Virus record (IMG/VR): IMGVR_UViG_3300050120_000230
Span: 1-64,000 of that record
Reading direction: 5' to 3' (one strand)
DNA length: 64,000 nt
Of this stretch, positions 38,201 through 46,575 are shown piece after piece (the first letter of the stretch is position 1; each line of letters begins with the position of its first letter). The position numbers and the translations under genes are program-made. The notes beneath the pieces are model-generated. The model saw only the letters and a list, made by a program, of their open reading frames with translations. It was not told where the DNA came from and did not search any database.

Positions 38201-39751
38201 GGCGCCGGACGGAAGCGGGGTGTCGGGGTTCGACACGACGCGATAGATGAGGTTGTTCAGCGCGGGTTCGGTCGAGTTGGATTGATGCACGAACAGGCGG
38301 TCGTTTGGTTGCAGAACATAACCATCGTCAACGACCACAGAGCCCACGATGGTGCCGTCCGGCATGTGTGCGAAGAACTGCCCGTTGACCCGCGATAGCG
38401 CGATCTTACCGGTGTCCCAGACGTTGTCGTCGTTGGGGTTCAGGTCCCAATTGTCGATGACATCGACGGTCGAGTTCGAGAGCACGCCTTGCACGTCCGC
38501 AAGACGGCGGGTGCCATAGTTGAACAGTTCGATGTTCGGAAGGAACTCGATGATCGGCCGGGTGGCGCGACGAGAGGCGAAATCTTGACCGGTCCAATCG
38601 AGAGAAGCTTCGTGGACCCAGAGGTTGCGGCGTGTCCACGGGCTATCGTCGCGCGAACGGCGGTCGATCACCACGTATTGGGGCGTAGAACCGCCTGTGT
38701 CGCCCGAGTAGTCGGGTGTTAGATTGATTGCTTGCCCAACGCCGTCGAGGATGAAAGGCCGCCCAGTGGCCACGGTAGTGCCGATTCCGTCGATCAGACG
38801 CACGCGCGAACCCGATGTCGCCATCTGGGCATTGATCGCAGGTTCCCACTTCAGGATGTCGAGCAGGAACCGCACCGATGCGGTGTGTGCGGTGACACAG
38901 GTCCAGACCATCGGGCTGCCGTGCTCATCTTCCGCGAAGGTGAGTTCGCCCACTTCGTAGGTGCGCGGCAGGTTCACATAATCGTTGCTGTCGTTGAGAC
39001 CCGGAAACACCGATTGCCATGCCAAGAACGGCGAGTAATCCAGCGTGACCAGACCGTCGAGAACGGCGGTCATATCGCCATAGCGAATGGTTTCGATGTA
39101 GTCGCCCACCGACAGGCCAGAGGTCGAGATGACCGCATCGCCGTGCGTGGTGACGTTGTTCGCGACTGGCACACCATTGACGAGGACGACCGGCACTTCA
39201 CCTTCGCCGACGAACACGGGATCGGCGGGCGGCAGAGCGTAGGCCGTGGTGGCGGCGTTGCCGTCGTAAACGTAGACCGCGCGTTCAGCGCGCAGGTTGA
39301 TGATCGAGTTCGCAGTCTCGTCGTCGGTGAGCGAACCCATCCAGACGTATTGCAGATAGTTGTTCAGCTTATCGAGATCGACCGGCGGCGCCCACGAGTA
39401 GTAGTCGCCTTCGAACATACGGCTGTGGTTGTTCACGGCCGCGCCCTGCGAACGCAGGTAGTTGATGAGATCGTCGTAGCACAGGCTGTCCGTCAGAACG
39501 CCACCTGTGTTCGACGAGATCATCGCGGGTTCAAGCTGATAGGCAGTGCGCGACGGAGACGGTTCGGCAAGGTAAAAATCCTTGTCCGGGTTGTAGTAAA
39601 CGGGCTTTTGGCCGACGTAACCACTAATCGCTTCCGACTCACCCGGCTGGAACAGTTGATCGACTGTCGCAGCAAAGAAGTTCTTCAGCGTATCCGTTTG
39701 CAGGACAGCCGGAAGCTGGGTGATTAGACGACGCTTGGGAGTCTTGGCCAT
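32264..39751 (-). CDS. Giant virion structural protein (2495 aa)
   Basis: Long clean ORF in the baseplate cluster with TAAATA 4 nt upstream; internal W.P..Y..G..V.Y CBM-like motif. Confidence 0.85.
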   Translation of the reverse strand: MAKTPKRRLITQLPAVLQTDTLKNFFAATVDQLFQPGESEAISGYVGQKPVYYNPDKDFYLAEPSPSRTAYQLEPAMISSNTGGVLTDSLCYDDLINYLRSQGAAVNNHSRMFEGDYYSWAPPVDLDKLNNYLQYVWMGSLTDDETANSIINLRAERAVYVYDGNAATTAYALPPADPVFVGEGEVPVVLVNGVPVANNVTTHGDAVISTSGLSVGDYIETIRYGDMTAVLDGLVTLDYSPFLAWQSVFPGLNDSNDYVNLPRTYEVGELTFAEDEHGSPMVWTCVTAHTASVRFLLDILKWEPAINAQMATSGSRVRLIDGIGTTVATGRPFILDGVGQAINLTPDYSGDTGGSTPQYVVIDRRSRDDSPWTRRNLWVHEASLDWTGQDFASRRATRPIIEFLPNIELFNYGTRRLADVQGVLSNSTVDVIDNWDLNPNDDNVWDTGKIALSRVNGQFFAHMPDGTIVGSVVVDDGYVLQPNDRLFVHQSNSTEPALNNLIYRVVSNPDTPLPSGATADVIELVLEGQPVRGDIIRVGHPTDSVFTDPVEYWFDGIEWQIAQTGASNPLFMLYDSSENALNDDNVYQGTDFAGSRLFGYKIGTGTPDAVLGFPIIVNSFAQPLFEIDPVVNRVTYVGGTVSGFYYHHFLSETDNGSFSNNWFPVATPSTQALVNGVYEIPLNLQANPGNLQVDTISRNEWFDHFSEIMTQQVGFTGHPYSVNNWRDTAKVLGNGNKILQHRSPLLKTMLISANANYDLPSSLRYAEQEYSRFRNKFVQTILDFRAAGTLVDTDAPELWVTAILNQLRLNKTSDFPFSGSTMAGGQFFIPPTPASMGLASVSQPVIYVDNSFSSPVTLVRGHDGSAVPAFGDMRDPIMLALEQRIFDNINARFKTEARPLFDLQHYVATKFVTATDLNYTSAEIDAMYSPYFQRWAQINRLDYRANNSYDPSNPFTWNFSSSVDRESNPVPGNWRGIYILYYDTFRPHVAPWEMLGFVDKPTWWQGEYGPAPYTSGNTKLWEDLRDGLIRGGPRAGTDVRYARADLDLVLPVDEEGNLLDPIQCGIIPDAPTYQQATAPWQAGDIGPVEALWRLSQSFCFAQAQIGFLIKPARFVEQGWDTTNLIQDDTGQWIYGPTGNRPLDSTIYVHGELDLTGTKVVAEGVQQWISDYMVSRGQAPSNFGSAIRGLTVKLAHKVAGFTTSDNLRVLADNFGLLPAEDVDVQLYHSPSTREEVYSGVVIEWTGQGWRVIGYDTRTPFFTTIPGLENGPKGLISLASTPEPVINTWRPNTYYPSGTNVAYQSTVYSAIKGHTSSAVFDQTFWSVVSAIPQQAPRVVTYGRGGPDTQQVAYGTVFATFQQVADFLLSYERYLVAHGWVFDQVNPDTQEPLDWSLAVREFLAWSQVNWQPGNFIALSPGASGLKFNTDHGMVLDVLSPINGVYGMLDRAGMPIKRENVVVNRIDGEAMLLSKNSDVFGSRVNIGEIEHVLIFNNTTIFNDIIYAPLFNLRQPRLRLIGNRAMDWNGRLDIPGYVLIDNVIKSNFDKAATDLLTMWDIEKADNATLRDHARHSIGYDSRDYLASLVLSEVEQFEFYQGLIHQKGAPGAFNKLLRSDFIEQSRDLQFFEEWAIKIDEYGAIQNRNRVAFLFGQSTVKRDPQYIEFRVTDANSPVVSQQPDWIELADSTITGVDSKWVERPNNPLSTFPQRPNAKPLPGDLPVSGYVRLTEVDHTVFSVDDVLTVYDANAGVTLPLGEVVWVHNNLESREISQVSATDWYELGIALGSGHWDGTSNARTLANDQTTVLDDGTRVFQSTAGEAPYISSDDSFVPVPGETYNVSFSVRKTLRETNGIKAFVRPAFDAFKADGSDAPALGTKSGFGFTKQTDMIDTSNWVLDRWYDVECEWTVPISPPFTEARSRLRVNRSYPDDLVTTPYSDAIFEVMSQEMVVSKRPVWDALKVYNLSADGNTNTVANVVTNAEDITLSNTTTRIYTVNPHGLVSTDRGLFIVIDGDTFSDPLLQGVQRVWDLGDNWIDILTTGKKGYEFVSKGQIGPALRVLRTIHFTNLDEFNSFKNRVGVLDGDIAYVDGSPWRVYQRGSITEILDDYADGEVQPDNQITIADDNNRRTDTFKFWNVVRSQPTRMDGARIASSLIYNLKTKVTTTSLEPEPLSLDHLTVVTPLTGIIPGRAKAEIDYIVDYDPANYNVVPSSFDEDGTPSFSSTGQAVGPWGPAQVGRVWWDLKTVRFLETETDNVSFGLTSSSRYNQEVQYRIGHWGQIAPSTSVDVYEWTRSTLHPLEYEAAVLTDTTGTIDGVVYNSENPSWVEAEESVGGVIATYFYFWVKNRLNIPANVGRQMSVATVSNFITNPMIEDQPWIAPVMPNGVLVGGVNPFLDDTFDESTESASSGTVLQIEVSDDDEGVVHDQWLLLRPQDERSLPPEWLWEKLRDSLVGFDQTKMLLPPVLVLPSAVTSVNKPPVWYTGPDADDVPIDPSLR

Positions 39752-39755
39752 ACTG

Positions 39756-39761
39756 TATTTA
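39756..39761 (-). promoter_or_regulatory. Late promoter TAAATA (representative copy)
   Basis: Same hexamer at +7254, +8571, +15968, -17714, -21997, -24678, -24690, -28659, -29451, -46018, -47886, -49993, +52401, +54764 and +56657, each before a gene; resembles T4 TATAAATA. Confidence 0.85.
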
Positions 39762-39843
39762 CTAGCTCGATAAAGGTCGTATATTTAGCTTGACGAAAAA
39801 CACGTTCATGAGAAACTTCAGCTAACAACGCAGGAGGTTTTCG

Positions 39844-40302
39844 ATGAATGCTCTCGTTCTTACCGCCGTGCTCATCACGCAGACCTTCGGTGGTCAGATG
39901 CACGTTCAGGAAAACCTCAGCGAGGGCGCCTGCATTCAAGCTTCCTGCCTCGCCACCGAGCAAATGACGTGTGAAGCGGCCGACAAGCGCGATGCCGAAC
40001 TCGTTCGACAGAACGTCATTCGCATCCAGCAGCACAATCTCGCCGTCGCCCAATGGCGGGTGATCCATCCCAAGGAAGCCGCCAACTGCGACGCCCTCTG
40101 GGATCGTGAAGTCGCCGAATTCCGCGCCGCACAGACGAAAGATCATTCTGGTCCGACCGTGAACGTGGTCGAACTGCCGGAAGTCTGCTCCAACAACCGG
40201 GAAGAATCCCCCAACTCGAACTCGAATACCAGCCGCCAAGTCTCCAACAACGACATCCGCGAAGCGTTCTGCGTCAGCGGCGGCATCATTCATCGTCGGT
40301 AA
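39844..40302 (+). CDS. Putative secreted Cys-containing protein
   Basis: AGGAGG SD, TTGACG upstream, hydrophobic N-terminus. Confidence 0.65.
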   Translation: MNALVLTAVLITQTFGGQMHVQENLSEGACIQASCLATEQMTCEAADKRDAELVRQNVIRIQQHNLAVAQWRVIHPKEAANCDALWDREVAEFRAAQTKDHSGPTVNVVELPEVCSNNREESPNSNSNTSRQVSNNDIREAFCVSGGIIHRR

Positions 40303-40305
40303 ACG

Positions 40306-40572
40306 ATGAACGCCGTTGTCATCGCCACGGTCTTGCTCATTCAAACGCTGGATGGGCAGACCCACACGGTTTCCATGCTCGACAACAAGTCATGCGTGGC
40401 CGTCGTGTGCGACGGCGCCGACAGTTGCGGGATCATCGCCAAAGGTCTGGATTTTTTCCCGATGGGCGCGCAGTCAGCGAAGTGCGTCGCGGTCGCTGAC
40501 AACGATCAGAACGACGTTCCGAAGTTCTTCACGTTCAATCGGCCGCACGGTCGCACCAAGCACCGGCGTTAG
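40306..40572 (+). CDS. Paralog of the upstream gene
   Basis: MNAVVIATVLLIQTLDGQ versus MNALVLTAVLITQTFGGQ. Confidence 0.65.
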   Translation: MNAVVIATVLLIQTLDGQTHTVSMLDNKSCVAVVCDGADSCGIIAKGLDFFPMGAQSAKCVAVADNDQNDVPKFFTFNRPHGRTKHRR

Positions 40573-40904
40573 CCGAAGCGGAGCTTGAAGACCAAGGCTT
40601 CACCGGGCGTCTTGAAGAAAAACTCCCAGACGAAATTATCCGTCTTCTGTCCAAGCTGATAGGTCACATGGCGAACGGTGCCGGTGCAATCGCTCGCGAT
40701 CCATTCGCGGATTTCTTTCTTCAGCGGAGCATCGAGCACGCGGTGGACTGGCTTATCCCAACCGGTGATCCCGAATCGGCGGAAAAACAACCATTGGTCG
40801 TGGCTGAATTTCAGCGCAACTCGGCGATCACCGAAAACGCCGTTGGGTATTCCATGTCGTAGAGTGGCCATCAGAGTAACAACACAATCCAAAAAATGAT
40901 GCAC
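40569..40904 (-). CDS. Hypothetical protein (W...F.F...A..FKL family)
   Basis: REWIASDCTG...FFFKTPGEALVFKLRF. Confidence 0.6.
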   Translation of the reverse strand: MHHFLDCVVTLMATLRHGIPNGVFGDRRVALKFSHDQWLFFRRFGITGWDKPVHRVLDAPLKKEIREWIASDCTGTVRHVTYQLGQKTDNFVWEFFFKTPGEALVFKLRFG

Positions 40905-41077
40905 ATGAACAGCATCGCGATGGCCAAGACCACAATGATGACGCTCAACACCATCATTAATACCAGTGGATCGACGAAACGTTCTAATTGTTTCGCGCGC
41001 GCATCTGCACGGGCATGACGCCTTACTGTCTGAATGAGTGGCGATTCACGGTATGTATACTCATCGAACCTACGCAT
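40871..41077 (-). CDS. Small membrane protein
   Basis: Long hydrophobic C-terminus. Confidence 0.4.
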   Translation of the reverse strand: MRRFDEYTYRESPLIQTVRRHARADARAKQLERFVDPLVLMMVLSVIIVVLAIAMLFMCIIFWIVLLL

Positions 41078-41084
41078 AACCGCA

Positions 41085-41843
41085 TCAGCGGATACGGAGG
41101 TTTGTCGCCGTGTTCGAGAGGATGATGTTCACGTCCGTGACTTGTGCCGTGGAAATGAAAATCTCATCCGAGCGTGACCGGACTTCGAATCCGTCACCGA
41201 AATTGGAATCGCCGAACGTCGGCACTACAACGACTGAGGCCACGATGTTCGCAAGCTGCTGGTGAATGTAGGCGGCCAGTTCTGTGTAATAAAAAGTCTC
41301 GCCAAAATCCCAGTTTTTCACGTCGAAATAGTTGTTCACGGCACGAATGACTTGGCTGCTGATTTCACCATCGCTGAGCGTCGAGTTCGCGACCTTGACG
41401 ACCTTGAACTTGGCCTTCAGTTGGTCGTCCGCTCCGTTGCCGAACAGGAACTTGTATTTCGCAGGGCGCCAGACGATCTGATCGCTGAACATGCGGAACT
41501 CTTCGAACTGTTCGAAAGCTAGACGAAGGTCCAGTTCGGTCGGGGGAGTCGGCAGGTTGGCAGGATCAGCGCCGCTCTTGATCCACAGGCGGGTGAGATA
41601 GTCGTATTCGGACGTGAGGACGAAGAGATCATGCACGTTGGTCCGCGCCGGGTCGATGCGTTCATCGTTTGAAGCGTAGTGCTTCCACTGGAACTTGAGC
41701 GGAGGCACAGAGGTAGGAGACGTGGTTTCAACGCCGTCAGCCGGGGACGTTCCGGTGACTTTCAGACGATAATACCGGCCGTTGCTGGTCACGATGGTGC
41801 CAACCGGAGAGTATTGCGATGCGGGAGTCCAAGCAGCGACCAT
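41085..41843 (-). CDS. Baseplate wedge (gp6-like) C-terminal fragment
   Basis: LKFQWKHY..RIDP, WDFGETFYYTELAAYIH, DEIFISTA. Confidence 0.7.
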   Translation of the reverse strand: MVAAWTPASQYSPVGTIVTSNGRYYRLKVTGTSPADGVETTSPTSVPPLKFQWKHYASNDERIDPARTNVHDLFVLTSEYDYLTRLWIKSGADPANLPTPPTELDLRLAFEQFEEFRMFSDQIVWRPAKYKFLFGNGADDQLKAKFKVVKVANSTLSDGEISSQVIRAVNNYFDVKNWDFGETFYYTELAAYIHQQLANIVASVVVVPTFGDSNFGDGFEVRSRSDEIFISTAQVTDVNIILSNTATNLRIR

Positions 41844-41850
41844 GAATGCC

Positions 41851-44800
41851 TTAAGTTACTATAGTGATTGAGAAATCTTGATCGGTGTGATTGTCGGAAG
41901 TAGGCGATCCATACGACGCCCGAAGGGTGTAATGGATGACTGTGCCGTTCGACACACCGGTAACGACCGGCGAGAACAGCACACCTTCGGTAACCAATGT
42001 CGGAGGCGAAGACGGCAGCGTCACGGTGTTTCCGCTATTGAACATGCCGTTCGCGAAATAGATGTTCGCGGCAGCCAAAGCAGATTGCCCAGCAACAATA
42101 GTCTGGTAGATGCCGTTGAATGAACCATCCGAACTGGCCAATGTGACCGCCGGACCAAGCGACGTTCCCAGTCGCGGATTGTATCCGATACCGGCCACGC
42201 CGTTGGCTGTCACGACTTGCCAGACCGGCGGGGAGTGCGCGGTCAGCACGAGTGTGAATGCACGATCTTCGAAGGACAGGCCATTAGATGCACGCAGAGT
42301 GAACGCGTAGTTTTGCGGGTCCTGTGCCGGATCGACCGGCGGGAAGGTGCCGGAAAGCACGCCATCCGGGGTGAGGAAAATACCAGACGGGAAGCTCCCA
42401 GACGATTTCGTATAGGTGATCGGGAAACTGCTGGGGTCGATAGCCGTGAACTGCTTCGAGATGACCGTACCGGGGACATACGCGCCCAAGGAGCCCGGAT
42501 TGGTAGTCCACTCCGGCGCCGGGGTTGCGTCTGTGCCGCGCATCGTAAAGTTGCGAGGAGAGGACAACACGCCGTTTGTAGCCACAACGTCGAACGACCA
42601 AATCTGTTCGCCGAGCACTTCGGGCATCCGGCCGGAGAACACACCCGTGTTCGCGTCGAGGATGATGCCGTTGCCGACATCGCCACCCGGAAGGAGAGCC
42701 GCGTTCGTTTGATAAGTGAGCGGGAGCCCTTGGGGATCGGTTGCGAACAACGTCCCATAGATGAGAGTGCCTTCGTTGACGTTGGCCAACGAGCCGCCGG
42801 GCGTAATCCACACCGGCGGGAGAATTTCTTCCCACGTCTGTTCCCAATCGGGGCTGTTACCCAGCGGGTTACCCGGTTGTTGGGTGTTCGGGGCTCCGGT
42901 CCAAGTAGCCGCAACGTTGGGGCCTCGACCGATGCCATAGGTATAGGCGCCCTGACGTTGGATGACCCAGCCGTTTTCTTCGTCTGTGGCGTCTTCTGTC
43001 GTCTTCACCCAGAAAGTATTTTCGCGGGTGGCGATGGCGTTTGCCGAAATCTGGAACGCGACGGCGCCGAGATCGTAGCTATCGCCACCGAGTTCACGAC
43101 GCAGAGCTTCGGTTTCGAAGACGTTCACCGCGCCGACCAGCGGCACGTAACCAACGTCGCTGTTCTGCCAGAACAAATATCGGCCTTGGTCACGCGGATC
43201 GGTCACGGACTCAAAAGTCGTCGGATCGTCGGGGAAACCATTCAGATTGTAGTCTGCGAAACTAACGGTGACGCGGGTCGGGTCGGCCGAACCGTCGCGG
43301 TTGATGTAGATGCGATTGACCGCGAGGTCGTAGTCCTTCGGCAGGGCTTGGCCTTCTTCGCCCGCCGCCAAGTTTTCGTTGATCTTCAAGACGCGGACGT
43401 AATCCATCGTCTCGACACCGGTTTCGGAATCGACAGTCTTGCGGCCGTCGTTATACCACTGAACTTTCTTCAGGCTCTCGAAGACATAGCGCAATCCATT
43501 GGCGATGATCGACCACACGCCACCGGCGCCATAGGTCACGGTCATGACTTCGAAACTGGTCGCAGTCGGTGTCTCCGGGCTCAACACCCAAGACGGAACG
43601 TTGGTGGACGGATCGATGGCGTAGTCGAACCACAGCGTGAACGATTGATTGTTGCGGATGAAAGTCTGCATCGCCGTCGAGGTCGCGGCATCCAAGCCGG
43701 AATTGAACCTCGGGATGACGCGAGAGATGGTCGCACCGTCCGGCACGCTCAACGACAAGGTCACAGGACCAGCCGTTCCGGCCGGGGGCGGATCGGTTTC
43801 AGTGCCGGTGATGTTGGAGATTGTGGCCCACAGAAGGGTGCCGTTCGAGTCGAACTCGACGATGGCGCCTTCCACGAGATACAGGTTGGCATCCGAGAAA
43901 TAGCCGGTGCTGCTGAAGCTTACGTCAGAGTCCGCCCGGTTCCAGATGATCCCGAACGGTGCATTCACGTCGGCCATGATGGCGTCGGACTGGTGCAACA
44001 AATAGTCCTGCGCGTAATTCAGCACCTCTTGACGAGTGAGCACGGGCTGAATGTAGAGCGAGACGATATCTCCCGCCGAGGGCGCGAGCGACATGGGAAC
44101 TTCAGTGTAGATGTCGTAGGGTTCACGGAAGAAAAGGCCGTCATCAGCGAAGACATCCACGTCCTGATAGGTGCCGGTCGGGTCGTTGAGATCGATGAAG
44201 CGAGAATGGCCGGAATAGATGCGGTTGATCGCCTTCAGCTTCACAGCCAAATTGCTTTGCAGCGGGAACGTGTTGTAGTCCTCGCCGGAGACCATGCGGT
44301 TCTGCGTCGCGTAGACGGACGGGGCGCGAGCCTTGATCTGATCGTCGGTTTCGCGCGGAGTCGAGTTCGAGACGGCTGATTGCAGCGAGAACGTGAGGGT
44401 GAGGGTCTTCTTGACGCCTGCACGATTGTAGTAGGGCAACGACAGTTTCACCCGGTTCATGTCGGTCGGGCGAATCTGATATTGCTGCCCGTTGGACACA
44501 CGATAGAAGACGCGGATGTTGCCGGTCGGAACGGTGCCGAAGCGGCCATCCGAGAAGCGCACGCTGATTGCATCGTCGGTGCGGGTGATGACCGAGAAAA
44601 TGTCTCGGATCGTCGGGTCAAAGTTGTTGTAGGTGATGTTCTCGTTGAACAGCGCCGGGACCTTACTCCACGATTGCAGGACATTGCCGCTATCGGTGAC
44701 GGTCTGCACCCACACGTCGGTGTCGTTGACGTTCAGTGCGTCGATGTCGAGGACGTTGTTTTCGACGGGCGTGGGCAGGCTGAACACGTTCCGCTGAAGC

Positions 44801-45582
44801 GTGCCCTGCTTGAACATCATGAAGAAACCGGTCTGGCCGCTCGAATTGCCGTTGCCGTCATTCCGGTAGAACATGTGGAAAGCGTTTTGATAGTCGGGTT
44901 CGCGCTCCGAGAAACCACCGCCATCGTCGAAATCACCGTTGACGACTTCGAAGTCCATCGACGAACCATTGACCTTGGCCGCGAAGCCTAGGTTGGCTTC
45001 GGACATCAGGTTGTTCACGCGATAGAGTTGGGTATCGATGCCACTCACGTCGCCGTCTTTGAGCGGCACACCGAATGGATTGGTCGAGATGTAGGCGCTG
45101 TTGAGCACGAGCACGAAGCGTTCGAACCAATCCGGGTCATCCGGGTTGTCCCACTGAATCGTGCTGCCGTTGAGGTTCGTGCCAAAACCGTCGAGCACAT
45201 CATCGTCGGTCATCACTTCGACCAGCTTGACGAGGCCCTGTGCGGTTTGGTTGCGGCGCGGGTTGTAGGAGATGAAACGAGCAAGACGAAGGATGCTCAG
45301 GCGGCTTTCGGCCGTCTCAAGGAAGCTCTCACGAGCATTGAGGTCAGTCTTGAACGCCAGCGTACCCGCGAGCCACGACAACAGGTCAATGAGCGCCACG
45401 AACTCAGACGACTCGATCCAGTCGTTGAAGTTTTCCGGGTAGTTCTGTTGGATATAGTCGCGCAGAGCACGGTTGATCGACGGCGGATCACTCGCGTTGA
45501 AGTTCACATCGGTGAATGCACGGTAGAGAACCTGCCAGTCTTGACCGGCAAACAACTCACTCTGGCGGATACTCTGCGACAA
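41851..45582 (-). CDS. Baseplate wedge (gp6-like) N-terminal part fused to Ig repeats
   Basis: YPENFNDWIESSEFVALID, NARESFLETAE, FSDGRFGTVP, ETDDQIKARAP..QNRMVSGEDY; follows gp25. Confidence 0.85.
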   Translation of the reverse strand: MSQSIRQSELFAGQDWQVLYRAFTDVNFNASDPPSINRALRDYIQQNYPENFNDWIESSEFVALIDLLSWLAGTLAFKTDLNARESFLETAESRLSILRLARFISYNPRRNQTAQGLVKLVEVMTDDDVLDGFGTNLNGSTIQWDNPDDPDWFERFVLVLNSAYISTNPFGVPLKDGDVSGIDTQLYRVNNLMSEANLGFAAKVNGSSMDFEVVNGDFDDGGGFSEREPDYQNAFHMFYRNDGNGNSSGQTGFFMMFKQGTLQRNVFSLPTPVENNVLDIDALNVNDTDVWVQTVTDSGNVLQSWSKVPALFNENITYNNFDPTIRDIFSVITRTDDAISVRFSDGRFGTVPTGNIRVFYRVSNGQQYQIRPTDMNRVKLSLPYYNRAGVKKTLTLTFSLQSAVSNSTPRETDDQIKARAPSVYATQNRMVSGEDYNTFPLQSNLAVKLKAINRIYSGHSRFIDLNDPTGTYQDVDVFADDGLFFREPYDIYTEVPMSLAPSAGDIVSLYIQPVLTRQEVLNYAQDYLLHQSDAIMADVNAPFGIIWNRADSDVSFSSTGYFSDANLYLVEGAIVEFDSNGTLLWATISNITGTETDPPPAGTAGPVTLSLSVPDGATISRVIPRFNSGLDAATSTAMQTFIRNNQSFTLWFDYAIDPSTNVPSWVLSPETPTATSFEVMTVTYGAGGVWSIIANGLRYVFESLKKVQWYNDGRKTVDSETGVETMDYVRVLKINENLAAGEEGQALPKDYDLAVNRIYINRDGSADPTRVTVSFADYNLNGFPDDPTTFESVTDPRDQGRYLFWQNSDVGYVPLVGAVNVFETEALRRELGGDSYDLGAVAFQISANAIATRENTFWVKTTEDATDEENGWVIQRQGAYTYGIGRGPNVAATWTGAPNTQQPGNPLGNSPDWEQTWEEILPPVWITPGGSLANVNEGTLIYGTLFATDPQGLPLTYQTNAALLPGGDVGNGIILDANTGVFSGRMPEVLGEQIWSFDVVATNGVLSSPRNFTMRGTDATPAPEWTTNPGSLGAYVPGTVISKQFTAIDPSSFPITYTKSSGSFPSGIFLTPDGVLSGTFPPVDPAQDPQNYAFTLRASNGLSFEDRAFTLVLTAHSPPVWQVVTANGVAGIGYNPRLGTSLGPAVTLASSDGSFNGIYQTIVAGQSALAAANIYFANGMFNSGNTVTLPSSPPTLVTEGVLFSPVVTGVSNGTVIHYTLRASYGSPTSDNHTDQDFSITIVT

Positions 45583-45595
45583 TTTCTATATCCTC

Positions 45596-45997
45596 TTACT
45601 GGAAGCCGAGTTCGGCATCTTGGCGAGCATCAAAGTCAACGTAGAAAGTCTCCGACACGGAGAATGGATCGTAATTCAGAGTCATTTCGACCCGAATACC
45701 AGACCCCATCTGGAAGACTTGAACATCGTTGACGCTAACTCGACTATCCATTTCACAAATTCTCATGGTTTCCGCGACGATGAGGTCACGAATTCCAGTC
45801 GTAAGGGGCTCCATCATGTAATCCCAGATTTTGCACCCAAAATCAGGACGCATTACCCGTTCACCCACCCGAGTATTGAAGTGGTTCATCAAGTCCCGCT
45901 TGATGAGTTCAATATCGTAGTAGGTCCAGTCTTTCGTCAGGGACTCACCAGCGGTGCTGAACCCTTTGAAAATATTTTGACTATCACCGGTGGCCAT
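45596..45997 (-). CDS. Baseplate wedge subunit gp25-like
   Basis: DIELIKRDLMNHFNTRVGERVMRPDFGC..EP, DSRV. Confidence 0.9.
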   Translation of the reverse strand: MATGDSQNIFKGFSTAGESLTKDWTYYDIELIKRDLMNHFNTRVGERVMRPDFGCKIWDYMMEPLTTGIRDLIVAETMRICEMDSRVSVNDVQVFQMGSGIRVEMTLNYDPFSVSETFYVDFDARQDAELGFQ

Positions 45998-46060
45998 GAG
46001 AAACCTTACTTTAGATGTATTTATTTGAGCAATAACTCCCGCCTTTATTGAGACGAACCT

Positions 46061-46444
46061 ATGAAGTTACAGTCCTATGTCGTATCTATTCTGAAGAGGG
46101 ACGGTTCTATGTCTTTCTTGCGGTGGATGGCGACTTCCACGAAGCGCACAACCAGCAACAGTGGTCTCACGCACGACCCGTCCATGGCCCGGCGGTTCGA
46201 ATTGGATATCGACAAGGCAGAGGTTCTCGAATGGATCGAGTCGGAGCGTGGCAAGATCGCCCGCTATGCTGATCCCGACACCATGAAGATCATGATCTTC
46301 GAGCAAACGCTCATTCCCGTGCCCGACAACGACATCGAATGGAAAACGAGCCTTCAACGCAGTGGCGTTGCGAAGCTTTCTAAGCTAGAGATCGAAGCTC
46401 TTGGCTTGGAGAAATATGAAATTGAGCGCCGCCTCAGTAAATGA
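46061..46444 (+). CDS. Hypothetical protein
   Basis: 127-aa ORF inserted opposite the structural genes. Confidence 0.55.
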   Translation: MKLQSYVVSILKRDGSMSFLRWMATSTKRTTSNSGLTHDPSMARRFELDIDKAEVLEWIESERGKIARYADPDTMKIMIFEQTLIPVPDNDIEWKTSLQRSGVAKLSKLEIEALGLEKYEIERRLSK

Positions 46445-46575
46445 ACTCGATGCTCTGATCTATTTTGAAGATCGCAACGGCTACCCTTACTACATAGTGA
46501 CGGGGCCGGATGGGCAGAGTCATGGCTTCTGGCATCGCGAACTTGCGAGGGCGGTGGCTCAGACGGTAATAGACC

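Noticed and set aside
42217-44379. Long antisense ORFs (e.g. 42217-44379, 26308-27708, 53259-54638, 50215-51105)
   Set aside because: These are shadows of GC-rich, codon-biased genes on the other strand and show no motifs or start signals.
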